DNA of 64,000 bases from a virus. The notes under the pieces are model-generated. The model did not search any database. It was given only the letters and a program-made list of their open reading frames with translations, and had not been told where the DNA came from. The stretch lies in IMG/VR virus record IMGVR_UViG_3300048446_000526, positions 23,413-87,412 of that record; one strand, 5' to 3'. How positions within the stretch are numbered: the first letter of the stretch is position 1; each line of letters begins with the position of its first letter. The position numbers were made by a program, and so were the translations under genes. This document shows, in pieces, positions 29,501 through 37,814 of this stretch.

Positions 29501-32500
29501 TCTGCATATATTACGGCGGCAGACGGAGGAAGTTACGTTGGCAGTACTATGAATATTAGTTTCAAAGATGAAACTTATTCGTTTCCGATACGAATGGTAT
29601 CAGCAAAATATGCTACAATGATATCTGTTGAAAGCGATTCTGAGCCTCCAGAAGTTGCTGAAGACGAAACCTTAGAATTAGTACAAAAAGGCAGAGTAGT
29701 TCATCCTTATGAAAGTTATACGTCGCTGTCTTGTCAATCTGCGGTAGCAGGCTGTCCAGTTAGTTATCCTCCATCTTATAATGACATTAGTGATGATGAT
29801 TGGGGACCGGGAGAAACCCGGACATATGTCCAAAGTACATCTGAAGTTGATATGGGAGATTGGTATTCAATGATCACACTGGTTCCTACTGCTGATGTAT
29901 ATAGATGGTACGATACTTATGATGTATGTGAAAGTACTCCAGAATTTTATGGCCCTTATAGCAGAAGATGCAAGCCATATGAATATGGGTATTGTAACTT
30001 TGATAACACTGAATGTCCTCCGTGTGTACCATCTAGAGGTAATGAAACGCAATTTCTAGAAGGAAATGCGAAAAAAAGTTATTATACAAACAAAAATGTA
30101 TGGGTTAATAATTTCATTGCATCAGACAATGAACAGTATGATTATGAGTGGAGATATTGTAGGAATATTTTTAAGAATCATGGTTATTTTAATAGAGATA
30201 ATTTTTCTTATCATCCAAATGATGTATACCGGACTGATTTAGTTTTAGAGTATGCTGGAGAGTATAATGCTATTCTTGAGGCATATGCTAGTTGTGTAGG
30301 AGAATGCAATGGGGATTGCGGCTGTTACTGTGCCACACCGAAAAACCAAGGAATTGGTTGGTATCCGGGTCGTCCCAACGGAACTAAAGAAGGATGGGGT
30401 TGGTGTGATTTCGAGAGAAACGTATGTCCTTGGGGTACTTACCCGGGACAAACTGGAGAAGTTCCTCCAAATTACTATAAGTGTGCTGACTGCGAATGCA
30501 TTGGAGATACGAGTTGGCTTCCTTCGACAGCAGACCCAATACCAGACGAGTTTTATGCACCGTATGGTGATTCTGGTAGTTGTTTTTGTAGAGGACAGGG
30601 AGGAGGAGGCAATGGGGGTTGTGGACAAAACCCTCCACAGGCGTGTTATCAAAGATATTGTTATCCTGCTACAGTTGCATGTGCTGAAGGTAAAAACGCT
30701 TCGGCGGCAGACAGTGGTTGGTGGCCTAGTTTTGGATACGACCCAGACACAGGAGAAGCCTACACGCATGCCCTATGTTACCCCAAAGGTTATTGTAATA
30801 GTGCTCACGATAGTTGGACCAGAACAGGACCAAAATATGAATGGCGTGACGGTGAGTGTGGATTTCCATACAGAAAAAGAGTAGATCGCTACAGCAGAGC
30901 AGGGAATTTTTCCTATTATAGAGATAGATGTAATTGGGGTCGTGCTACGTGTATGTATAGTTGTGTTGATGATGGTAATGAATTTGCCCCACCCGGATCA
31001 AGTGTTGTAGACCACAAATTTACAACTATAACAGAAACTAAAGAGGTTCTGTACGACACATATATCAGAGAGACAAACTATGGAGGAGGGGCAGGAGGTA
31101 TAATTTGTAATTCTGGAGCACTTTTTGATGGATGTCCTAATACATGGTTTACAGTTTCTTATACCAACAACAAAATAAACCTTACTTTTCAAAGCGGTAT
31201 TATTGCTTGGATAGAAAGTGATGAAAGACCGGGAGGAATAGACAAATGTACAGGCCCAACAATTTCTGCGGAAAACCACACGATATGTGAGACTGTAAAA
31301 TATCAAACGAATGCAAATGTAAGAGCCACTTTTAACAATGAACTAGGACATTTAGATAATTACGTTCAAACCACAGACTGTAATTGTGGAGAAGATATAT
31401 CGGTTGACGTACCTGAACAAACTCCTCAGTGGGCTACAAGGACTTTGGAGGGTAAGTGTTATGTTTCTCAATGGATGGAGGAGCATGTGCATGAAAGTGT
31501 TTTTACTGCTGGCTACAACTGGACTGCTGTGTGCCAGAGCAACCAATCTCTAGGAAATTCTTACTTTGGATTCTTGCAAGGTTATAATGACGGTGATTGT
31601 TACAATAACGCTGCCGGTTCAGACTGTCCTGTTGACAGACCTTGGTATGGAGTAGCACAAGGTAAACTACAAGGGGTTGATTGTGATAATACTGATTCTT
31701 GTTCGGTTGGTAAAAGAAATTGGGAACAAGAACAAAATAGATATCACGCAAGAAAATTAGAACAATACAACTCTGCAAACGATAGTATACCTGAAGAAAA
31801 TATTTTAGAGGGTGTGGTTCCCGGTAGTATGTCAGAACTCAAGTTTAAAACTTATAGCATTGAGGGAGGCAAGGCCGTAAGAGCAAATCAAGACCAGTTC
31901 GGTGCATCTGTTGAAGATATCAATGTTCAGGTTACTGTGGCATACTATGAATATAAATATAGGGTAAGGTGGGATATTAATGATGCCATTGCTCAAACAA
32001 GAGGAGACACATATTTCGTGCCATCAGAAGGAGCAGGAGCAACAGAAGATGATTTCCAGAGTTGTTTGGCTGGTCGCCCCTTTGGACCTGCCGATACGTC
32101 TAGTCTAGAACCAATAGACGAGTATCTTGATATGAATCAAAGCGAGTCGTTTCAGTTTAGCAAACTGAACTATCGTTGTGATGGAGGTTCGGGATTTACT
32201 TTCGGTAGACCATATCCCAACTGGTATGATTTTCAGGTAGCACCACATGGATGTCTACCTAGATACGGAGAATATTACGGAAGATATGATAGTCCTCCAA
32301 ATAATTTCATATGGACAGTACCCACAATCAGCCAAAAGTCTTGCACAAAACGAAGAACTTGTTATTATAATGATAAGTTATGGCCTTCTGATGATAGCGA
32401 TTATTATTCACTCAGTAGTCAACCTACATTTTTACACTGTCATAAATTTTTAAGCAAAAACTGGATATATGATTATATTCGTGGATCACCATTCGGATAA
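23552..32500 (+). CDS. Giant Cys-rich putative virion/tail protein (2982 aa)
   Basis: AAGGA RBS and an uninterrupted 8.9 kb ORF starting MSCC. The C-terminal third is very rich in Cys, Gly, Tyr and Trp. Function is inferred from context only. Confidence 0.55.
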   Translation: MSCCNINYSRNYETVVTSAFKSSFASAQKSSVSRENTPSTTGWFPIIARYSPRGNAFYTPQLSMPQITGYTLFDPINCNNADFTDRELSDPNSINMDTSYCEQWSPENNASIQTGRMKKADGTQAPVSRKGGLSDVMTHQSDIYHGIPYLMTQYASGFMDNKFDGTFPLTMNNPVGWNSVVESTPEEGTNKRYSDWHIMPRMGEIDYDPMTSQYLNERDHSMANKKAMIAHKTAGNFILFNIGDVFQENDEDWEDDYLAYADILEPLLVDTSQGEKINERGSWDLKLPEPEEFMQPYGFDAFTYNNVFVGDKKRVSYWKWDINKCSAAWVLKTDEEIKIEVGEESDKMDYITYIPSGDCFIAKIDPIEPQNKSSDPQMNKEGEKRCPSGVKFIDEGTVYTIPHNSYAVYISCNIYPAFYEAFNALKKITKSIENLMPVEPDEEGDSKNTLYRVIEQAMYVATHPLVDKITVDLHKNNIQSAEKLTPHIWGGYLNPQYSYMNAYDKNYASFNNLNLCKTWTDLGRTINNKYGSYFTEEIEIGSESFAPYTSSHIGVDVLYDLYAKGGSFRTKGRQSTDYKDMTPWYPDFQVSLGGLKLKVADERSIIERTYYSFNEDEEGCSLDDWKAFSNLQLNDKTLYSRYLQSGLYEMNSYYVRNVNEQGGSIRGYCDICDEYSTYENYGGEENCVEHDGSLPFCDCDENPDPEKYPELPCVGISDNTVRLERKYEVIVDTNSFPINMAFHLDGGAYYRARNLEETGFIQNANIQAWGSMKVRFASFDTRVAQTRAWAVDVYQLQTDDPKTFSCERFPVLENCEQSKILYDDTYPIQKDTLVYAHTTAYTPAQSTKYSPSLKLYGGYDKGKLEELFPAYDFPDVGKTVRGKTTYRIDPDNPFGCESNDYLVHENYLRSSIKIELNNQNDPYCDLVMTSRETVDITGPRYFITFDEFGNEEQILNKDFKRFSTSVTYQPQEPEPTQGSPSVKSNSVVWPGGGKFLVPQQDQSKDNWFLTFENSFLMELMSSAGALSPEDEDSGISANIFPGIENPQHQFENIYFDDISYTLCNNKELWFDFGDQTSSVRLTFIKRPRPVKAKFALFAPNLVELGENVKFDFNQIKTDDENMATVMPSYFRNQLNSDQMPKYTFNNDISSESELPEAASWIISSEQAKALAPLFKTVSSFDSNRKIRIIFKQDKTYWELKTLPTKYYSHGKSWQGYPHFVKPVFQGIDTNYIPGMVPYVQRTSTPEESRWIVKPNTEYASDKAGLVMGEDETAFDPQWPLNLQLNNYAVNLDKNTVVFPGARMFFAMFPEIDTWDGAADNAPAGSLVKIGNFIYYKIQGGSPSEDERFQDYYLIFNPLDTYTWQKYSDLHIDFANTSYAGYVYNGSFDLPNIPFYFYRYPFGDRSKIKKALATKISIRSTLQDSSGRRIFPATLIDGCVDYCQEGGVSYLKIETEIKFATKLNKDWLEINSKKTPISSYHIYHPECVGAEKDRLLANEKYATKWADLEHFDDIIFDHWIANEVGESYYPQSRYLNTFYKTIVDNGNYINTQKNSVLPQAGPFRFMVHQKYSVDYNAGEPVAARRISGVHNYLPFMDINDKSAVQSANYLITEPTDNFDGLLKPVAEDENGVVRPDLEFVLTVPVECELERVWLPAKNKAMLSESLRMDTPQYWIENIQQEEEDRCDGESLSQIFPRPIKGKNYGSSFGGAVRGITASTIADDDKFPTATWTPEAYAIWTQYCDFDPKGCDPVGTPYRSGIKPCYMNQGGSTSLKAEYKFANPNTIPFANVATSIDGVYITYDAGIINGMNGYRPPMILRSISEPTYNKQSKNNIQYSQDYPDSCNDSVVLPPLYQYPEWDDEVSDTFMAGADKWRKAALENDRAKNVFYADVYAEEMTFRALYGEVEFVNRQSINGTKKLTANEIINYVDPEITVSEMHDQILWDYDSAGDRIQKPKVEGFFTVKSPMEDGESVSVVVNGETISAYITAADGGSYVGSTMNISFKDETYSFPIRMVSAKYATMISVESDSEPPEVAEDETLELVQKGRVVHPYESYTSLSCQSAVAGCPVSYPPSYNDISDDDWGPGETRTYVQSTSEVDMGDWYSMITLVPTADVYRWYDTYDVCESTPEFYGPYSRRCKPYEYGYCNFDNTECPPCVPSRGNETQFLEGNAKKSYYTNKNVWVNNFIASDNEQYDYEWRYCRNIFKNHGYFNRDNFSYHPNDVYRTDLVLEYAGEYNAILEAYASCVGECNGDCGCYCATPKNQGIGWYPGRPNGTKEGWGWCDFERNVCPWGTYPGQTGEVPPNYYKCADCECIGDTSWLPSTADPIPDEFYAPYGDSGSCFCRGQGGGGNGGCGQNPPQACYQRYCYPATVACAEGKNASAADSGWWPSFGYDPDTGEAYTHALCYPKGYCNSAHDSWTRTGPKYEWRDGECGFPYRKRVDRYSRAGNFSYYRDRCNWGRATCMYSCVDDGNEFAPPGSSVVDHKFTTITETKEVLYDTYIRETNYGGGAGGIICNSGALFDGCPNTWFTVSYTNNKINLTFQSGIIAWIESDERPGGIDKCTGPTISAENHTICETVKYQTNANVRATFNNELGHLDNYVQTTDCNCGEDISVDVPEQTPQWATRTLEGKCYVSQWMEEHVHESVFTAGYNWTAVCQSNQSLGNSYFGFLQGYNDGDCYNNAAGSDCPVDRPWYGVAQGKLQGVDCDNTDSCSVGKRNWEQEQNRYHARKLEQYNSANDSIPEENILEGVVPGSMSELKFKTYSIEGGKAVRANQDQFGASVEDINVQVTVAYYEYKYRVRWDINDAIAQTRGDTYFVPSEGAGATEDDFQSCLAGRPFGPADTSSLEPIDEYLDMNQSESFQFSKLNYRCDGGSGFTFGRPYPNWYDFQVAPHGCLPRYGEYYGRYDSPPNNFIWTVPTISQKSCTKRRTCYYNDKLWPSDDSDYYSLSSQPTFLHCHKFLSKNWIYDYIRGSPFG

Positions 32501-32511
32501 AGGAGAAAATA

Positions 32512-33219
32512 ATGCATTGCGTAATGATTCCTATAGGCGGCAAATTTTTTAAAGGAAAACCTGTATATAAATGCACTCAGTGCGGTATGACTGTAGGTTT
32601 AGAAAATCCTGAGACAAAAATTATCTGCCCCACCAGAGCAAAACTAGATAATATGCATAATCTACACACTAAGAACCATTATAGAGAACTAATGCAGAAT
32701 CAACATCCATCAGAGTTGTCTCATGATGAAGACCTATCAATGAAGCCTAATATGAGCGTTAGGGATAGAATTATATTGATTACTAAAAGAAAATTAGTTT
32801 CTCAAGCCGAACAAAGCAGAAAACTTAATCCCCTGAATCCAAACAATGAAATGGTAATGGAAGACATAGAACGTGAAGCGGAAGCAGCAGCAGATGCATA
32901 CCTATCAGGAAAAGCAACCGAGAAAGCAGATAAATTAGACAAGGCAAAACAAAGAGAACAAGAAAAGGCCAAGTGCTCACAAGAAGAAATAGATGCAAGA
33001 CTCGCTATCTGCGACTCTTGTGAGTATTATGAAAATGAATCATGTCTTCAGTGTGGTTGTGCAATATCTAGAGATCGTGTATACGGAAATAAATTGGCAT
33101 ATAAGAACAAATCATGTCCTATTGGTAAATGGGGTCCAATCTTTAATCAAATTCCTACGAATGGAGAAACAGGCACTTCTTCTGAAGATGGTGATTCAGG
33201 TTCAGCGGGATCGGATTGA
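32512..33219 (+). CDS. Zn-ribbon plus DUF6171-like Cys-rich protein
   Basis: AAGGAG RBS. N-terminal YKCTQCG..ICP; C-terminal RLAICDSCEYY...CLQCGC...KL...SCPIGKW. Confidence 0.65.
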   Translation: MHCVMIPIGGKFFKGKPVYKCTQCGMTVGLENPETKIICPTRAKLDNMHNLHTKNHYRELMQNQHPSELSHDEDLSMKPNMSVRDRIILITKRKLVSQAEQSRKLNPLNPNNEMVMEDIEREAEAAADAYLSGKATEKADKLDKAKQREQEKAKCSQEEIDARLAICDSCEYYENESCLQCGCAISRDRVYGNKLAYKNKSCPIGKWGPIFNQIPTNGETGTSSEDGDSGSAGSD

Positions 33220-34154
33220 GATTTACCTCTGTGCTTGACCCAAAAGGTATGTATTCTTTTAGAAGCATAGTTATTTGCTCTAAAAGTAACACTGCCATGA
33301 AATACTCTAGGTTTTTCACCTTCTTCTTGGAAAAGAACTGTATACTTAACAGCCTTTGCACTCGTATGTTTTCTGTACCAATGTACATAAACCCCGTATC
33401 TTCCCGCCACAAAGTTTTCTAGGTATATATTTTCTACAGCGTCATTGGTGTTTGGATATACATTCATATCAATGTCAAGATGTGCAAACTCTGTTTTTTG
33501 ATTTTGAAAGCAACACATATCCTTAAACCACTGGCCTTCTTTAGGTAGCAGTTTTTGCTTAACAAGATGAAGGTCTAGGTCGTCTGTTGTGTTCCAAAAT
33601 AGAGAAACTGTAATTTTACCTCTTTTTGCACCTAGTCCAGCCAGTTTCTTTAACATACCGCCAACCTGACCGTCACCTCCTGTCCCACCTTCCATTATGG
33701 TTCCTGTCAGAGGATTACCCATTTCATTGGATTTGCTGTTTGACCCCAACTTCTCAGATAATCCACCCATCAAGTCAGCAGGATTTACCTCTGAGAGGCT
33801 CATATCGCCTTTCTGAGGCTCTGGATTAAAAATAGGGTCTTCGATAGGGCTAATATCCGCAGGTTTAAAATCTGGCTCTAGTATGGTCTCAGCCAGTTTT
33901 GCTGCTTCTTGTGCTGTTTCTATTTCAGCAAACCAATCTACCATTTCTTGGTTTACATAAGGTTCCTCATCCATAATGATAGAATCTTCATCGTCCTTGG
34001 CAGAACTCATAATAATTTGGATAGGGTTTAGTTCTTCAGGCACAGGAACATAGATGACCATCATCATAACCATGATGCCTATATGAACTACCACACTCGC
34101 CATCCATCCGGGCGAGTCTCGTTTAGATAGATTGTCTATATCTTTAATATCCAT
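33147..34154 (-). CDS. Membrane-anchored protein with a YfaP/DUF2135-like C-terminal domain (planctomycete-style)
   Basis: TM segment SPGWMASVVVHIGIMVMMMVIY, an acidic Pro-rich linker, then ITVSLFWNTTDDLDLHLV...LDIDMN...AVENIY...GRYGVYVHWY. GGAGA RBS. Confidence 0.7.
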   Translation of the reverse strand: MDIKDIDNLSKRDSPGWMASVVVHIGIMVMMMVIYVPVPEELNPIQIIMSSAKDDEDSIIMDEEPYVNQEMVDWFAEIETAQEAAKLAETILEPDFKPADISPIEDPIFNPEPQKGDMSLSEVNPADLMGGLSEKLGSNSKSNEMGNPLTGTIMEGGTGGDGQVGGMLKKLAGLGAKRGKITVSLFWNTTDDLDLHLVKQKLLPKEGQWFKDMCCFQNQKTEFAHLDIDMNVYPNTNDAVENIYLENFVAGRYGVYVHWYRKHTSAKAVKYTVLFQEEGEKPRVFHGSVTFRANNYASKRIHTFWVKHRGKSQSDPAEPESPSSEEVPVSPFVGI

Positions 34155-34178
34155 AATATTTCTCCAAAAGTATAACCA

Positions 34179-34206
34179 ATTATACCAGACAAAACTAATT
34201 TGTCAA
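34179..34206 (-). promoter_or_regulatory. Sigma70-type promoter for the 33147-34154 gene
   Basis: TTGACA-N16-TATAAT with an extended -10 (TGGTATAAT), about 25 bp upstream of the ATG. Confidence 0.75.
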
Positions 34207-34728
34207 GAGTATATTTCTGTATGATTCATAATTTTCTTTTGTGGCTTCTGTTAGATTATGCGGAGCACATCGCCAGTAGTCACCATTGCCTTGCGGCTCA
34301 AACCATTCGTTATAATCCTCACGCTTGGCTTCAGGTGGTATAACTACAAAACCTAGTACATCAACCTGTCGCCATTCTTCACAAGGAATAAAACAACCAA
34401 ATAATATTTTGCCTCTGTCTGTAGGACGGATCGCAGGCCCAACGCCTTTTTTGCGAGACCTGCGAACCTCTATGTCTAGTCCAACATCAGCATCAAATTT
34501 TTTCTCTTGGTGCTGGTCGGAGTGCCACAGTGTAGGCACGTAGTATATGTTTAGTAATTTTGCAACTGCCATTTCGCACAGAATAGCCGCTGGCTGTGCT
34601 ACTCTATCGCTTTCCATCAGTTTACGATCATAATAAGACTTGTCACTCTTGCCTTCATTAGCAAGTTGACGCATCAAACCGTACTGATTTGCAATCGCTA
34701 TTTCTACCAAATTCATATCTACCAACAT
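34195..34728 (-). CDS. Hypothetical protein, possible PD-(D/E)xK-fold nuclease
   Basis: CEMAVAKLL...ADVGLDIEVR resembles an E...D...ExK/R signature. Confidence 0.45.
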   Translation of the reverse strand: MLVDMNLVEIAIANQYGLMRQLANEGKSDKSYYDRKLMESDRVAQPAAILCEMAVAKLLNIYYVPTLWHSDQHQEKKFDADVGLDIEVRRSRKKGVGPAIRPTDRGKILFGCFIPCEEWRQVDVLGFVVIPPEAKREDYNEWFEPQGNGDYWRCAPHNLTEATKENYESYRNILLTN

Positions 34729-34730
34729 AA

Positions 34731-35066
34731 TTACTTACCTTTCTTCTTACCTTCCCACTTATACCATCCGTTATTTTCGAGCCAATTACCTTGCTCGTCT
34801 TTACGCTTAGGAAAGAGAGTGTCGCCTTTCTTGTGTTGTCCAAATGATAGAACAGCACCGCAATCCATGCAACGACATTCGTAATATTCATTGCCGTCCA
34901 CATTTCTAACGACAAACTTAATATTATGTGAACCACAGATACCACACTGTACTTCACTAAATACTTCTTGCACAATAGAAAGATTCTTAAAAAGTTCTTT
35001 CTGTCCTGCACCTTCAATATGAAACTCTAATTTTTCGCTTGGTCTAAAAATTGCTTTATTGCTCAT
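34731..35066 (-). CDS. Small Zn-ribbon protein
   Basis: CGICGS...CRCMDCG followed by an aromatic/basic C-terminus (LFPKRK...GWYKW). Adjacent to the SSAP-like gene. Confidence 0.6.
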   Translation of the reverse strand: MSNKAIFRPSEKLEFHIEGAGQKELFKNLSIVQEVFSEVQCGICGSHNIKFVVRNVDGNEYYECRCMDCGAVLSFGQHKKGDTLFPKRKDEQGNWLENNGWYKWEGKKKGK

Positions 35067-35069
35067 AAT

Positions 35070-35780
35070 TTATTTCCATGATTCTTCGTAGCCTAGTAAA
35101 TTTGCAGAAATATTGGAAGTGTCAGTTTGCAGGTCTGTAAGTTCCCTAACAAGTTTAACAGCATCCTCATGCTTAATATTATAAACACCTTCTGCTACAA
35201 TGTCAAGTGCTTTAATAACATTATGTACATTAATATCGCATCTTTTTGCAATTATATCTATAAAATTAATCTGATTGGGAGTAATCTTAGACACACTGTC
35301 GAAATCCGGGTTATCTTCAGCATCTTCTACCAGTTCTTCAGCGGCTACTACTTTCCGTAGTTTTAATGCTCTACGTAAGGCACGACCTTCTGCCCTAGTT
35401 TCTGCTACAGCCACAGGGTGGTTACGGAACACCTTATCGCAGTTTCCCCAGTATACATCAGCAGAACCGCTAATAGAACGTGTTCTAAGAACATCCTCCA
35501 TGTCTTTATCATTCATTATATAAGACAGTGTATGCACAACAGTAGCACGTTTCTCATTATCAGGAGTTGGCTGTTGTAGAACCTCAGACATAGCCTGTAT
35601 GACTGTACAATTCAGTGCAATCTCAAATACTCTACGCAGACCATCTGTTGTAGGATTTCCCTCAATCAGTTCGTCTTTGTTTAACAATCCCAGCACATGG
35701 TCAGTCCACCCTAATTCATTAGGTGTTACACTTATGCTTACTTCTTCAACTTTTTCTTCAACTTTTTTAGTCCTTGGCAT
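35070..35780 (-). CDS. Putative single-strand annealing protein (Rad52/Sak-like)
   Basis: Beta-strand core followed by the helix AVAETRAEGRALRRAL, and a C-terminal ITPNQINFI...A..L. small helical domain often seen in phage SSAPs. Confidence 0.55.
   Translation of the reverse strand: MPRTKKVEEKVEEVSISVTPNELGWTDHVLGLLNKDELIEGNPTTDGLRRVFEIALNCTVIQAMSEVLQQPTPDNEKRATVVHTLSYIMNDKDMEDVLRTRSISGSADVYWGNCDKVFRNHPVAVAETRAEGRALRRALKLRKVVAAEELVEDAEDNPDFDSVSKITPNQINFIDIIAKRCDINVHNVIKALDIVAEGVYNIKHEDAVKLVRELTDLQTDTSNISANLLGYEESWK
35178..35206 (-). promoter_or_regulatory. Consensus sigma70 promoter inside the 3' end of the SSAP-like gene
   Basis: Exact TTGACA-N17-TATAAT, about 110 bp upstream of the 35066 start. 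Confidence 0.6.
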
Positions 35781-35783
35781 AAA

Positions 35784-36572
35784 TTAATCCTCTATAGTAG
35801 TAATCTTAGTTTTAGTATTCTTAATATTTTTTAACACATCCAAGAGATTTGTCAATACCCTTTTTGCTCTTGCTTCTGAGTATTCATGTTTTTGTGCAAC
35901 ACGAACCATCTTGTATCCTTTTCCCACGATAAGCCCTGACTTTTTCTTATCATACCTTTGTGTCCTTTCTAAGGCTTCCTCTCCCCATACAGGAAAGAAA
36001 TGAGATGGGCCATCGACTTCTATCGCTACACTTATAGTAGGCAGGAACAGGTCAAGATGCAAGTTTGTTGTCCCTAAAATTTGCTGCTTATGCGGCTCCA
36101 CTTTGTAACCACCCTTAATTAAACCATTTAAAAGATAGTGTTCCAGTTTAGAGCCTGTTTTGCTGGTGGCACGAACTGCTGATCTTGCTTTTGCAAGCCT
36201 TTGCTCTTTGACTTCTTCTGGAATATTTTCCCATAGTGCTTTGGCTGTGTCTTTGCGTTTCTTTAATTCTGCTGGAGATAAATTCTCCCATGTGGTCATT
36301 AGCGTTTCACCAATCTTCTGTTTTGACTCTTCACTGTGGTGTTTGCCTTCTGTTGGATGACTAGCAGAACCAGTTTTAAGTGCATTAGATTGTGCAGAAC
36401 TTTTATCTCTTAACGTAATTCCGTATTTTTTAGCATCACGCCTGATTTTATTTGCGTAAGTACCTAAAACCTTAGCCGTATCTGCTAGGCTCTTTTTTTC
36501 TTGACAATATATTTTTTTAATAGCAGCCTTTTTATCATTATCTGCTAAATCACTGTATTTCTTCGATGACAT
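35784..36572 (-). CDS. NUMOD3 plus Vsr/DUF559-like endonuclease (homing-endonuclease-like architecture)
   Basis: N-terminal HTH-like segment, NUMOD3-like EGKHHSEESKQKIGE, and C-terminal SKLE...HLDLFLP...AIEVDGPSHF. Confidence 0.7.
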   Translation of the reverse strand: MSSKKYSDLADNDKKAAIKKIYCQEKKSLADTAKVLGTYANKIRRDAKKYGITLRDKSSAQSNALKTGSASHPTEGKHHSEESKQKIGETLMTTWENLSPAELKKRKDTAKALWENIPEEVKEQRLAKARSAVRATSKTGSKLEHYLLNGLIKGGYKVEPHKQQILGTTNLHLDLFLPTISVAIEVDGPSHFFPVWGEEALERTQRYDKKKSGLIVGKGYKMVRVAQKHEYSEARAKRVLTNLLDVLKNIKNTKTKITTIED

Positions 36573-37026
36573 TATTAAATTCCTCCGCTGATAGTTGTGG
36601 CAATAGTTTTACAGGTTTTTTCCAGCAAATATCCAGTAAATCATACACTTCTTGACTATGTGCAATAAACTCTAGATTACTAGAGCCATACTGGTTTTGC
36701 CACTGCGTATACAAATTTTGAGTGGTACTTTCTCTACCCCAAGGTATTTCTGCAATATACATGACTTGTTTTGCTGGTGTTTTAAATGTCTGAGTAAGAA
36801 GCCTAGACTTATGGTCAAACAAATATAAGTTACCCTTGAAAAACTTAGCCTGACTCACATGCAGCATGTAGTACCGATTACCTTGTATAATTGCATTAGG
36901 AGTATTACTAAATACAACTATATTATCCTTGGGTCTTAAAAGACAAAGATCGTTAATCATTGCCAGTAGACCAAGACAGTTTTGATTTTCTTGATCAATA
37001 TCTAATAGGTAAAATCCTATGTTCAT
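36550..37026 (-). CDS. Hypothetical protein, glycosyltransferase N-lobe-like
   Basis: MNIGFY start and Rossmann-like alternation of secondary structure. Last gene of the coupled GT cluster. Confidence 0.4.
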   Translation of the reverse strand: MNIGFYLLDIDQENQNCLGLLAMINDLCLLRPKDNIVVFSNTPNAIIQGNRYYMLHVSQAKFFKGNLYLFDHKSRLLTQTFKTPAKQVMYIAEIPWGRESTTQNLYTQWQNQYGSSNLEFIAHSQEVYDLLDICWKKPVKLLPQLSAEEFNNVIEEIQ

Positions 37027-37814
37027 ATGTTCTTCCTTATATATGGGACAATTTCATGTTTTGTAAAATACTCAAATGTTCTTTTATCTAAAAGCGGTAC
37101 TTCTGGTATTGTTTTACCAGACTCAATAGCCTTTTCTATGCCGTCTGTTAAGTCTAAGTTTTTGATACCACAGGCTTGGGCTTCTAAAGTGAGATCGTCA
37201 GTCAGGTCAATAAAATAACTATATTCGTTTAGTACAAGGCTTAAACTTCTGGGGTCTAACATGCCTAAGTTTTGATGGTTATGAATATTTGTATCATTAA
37301 ATACATTAATTTTATGTTTAGTATTAGGGTACAATACGGGATTGATTACTTTCTCTATTGTTTCTGGCATACCATCAGACATAAGAGCAATTTTACCATT
37401 GCGTTCTTTATTTAAGCCTGCGAAGCAGGTGTTGTCATACTTATTATCATATGTCAAATATATAGGTGGCACTTGACGTTTTACAATCTTGCTGTTAACA
37501 ATTAATTTAACCTGAGAAGTTGTCAAATAGTTCCACAGTTCATCGTTTTCTGGTCCTAGGTCTTTGTCAAACAATAAGAATATTTTACAGTCAGTCTGGT
37601 GTTCAGTAATGAAGTCATGCACTTCTTGACTATAATCTAATATTGACATAAGAATAGCATCTGGTTTGTATCTTACATAGTAGTCGAAAAGCCTGCCATA
37701 TATATTGACGACTTCTAAACCCACATTTTCATCTGGCAATGTGCTTTGTAAAGCAATAGAGATACATCTATGTGGAACACTTTTTTGACTGAATGCTGTA
37801 GCGAATTTTTTCAT
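37023..37814 (-). CDS. Divergent GT-B glycosyltransferase-like protein
   Basis: YKPDAIL and NLGML...LEAQACG (GT-B C-lobe EA.ACG motif). Confidence 0.55.
   Translation of the reverse strand: MKKFATAFSQKSVPHRCISIALQSTLPDENVGLEVVNIYGRLFDYYVRYKPDAILMSILDYSQEVHDFITEHQTDCKIFLLFDKDLGPENDELWNYLTTSQVKLIVNSKIVKRQVPPIYLTYDNKYDNTCFAGLNKERNGKIALMSDGMPETIEKVINPVLYPNTKHKINVFNDTNIHNHQNLGMLDPRSLSLVLNEYSYFIDLTDDLTLEAQACGIKNLDLTDGIEKAIESGKTIPEVPLLDKRTFEYFTKHEIVPYIRKNI

Noticed and set aside
30245-30884. Alternative-frame ORFs of 174 aa (-) and 191 aa (+) inside the giant Cys-rich gene
   Set aside because: They have no RBS or recognisable motif and are explained as shadows of a locally GC-richer, Cys/Gly-rich coding region.
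23552-33219. Diversity-generating retroelement target in the tail genes
   Set aside because: I saw no reverse transcriptase and no near-identical TR/VR nucleotide repeat pair in this window; one could lie elsewhere in the genome.
35825-35856. Further TTGACA hexamers (e.g. ~35850, ~50584, ~54468) as promoters
   Set aside because: None has an acceptable -10 box at 16-18 bp spacing.
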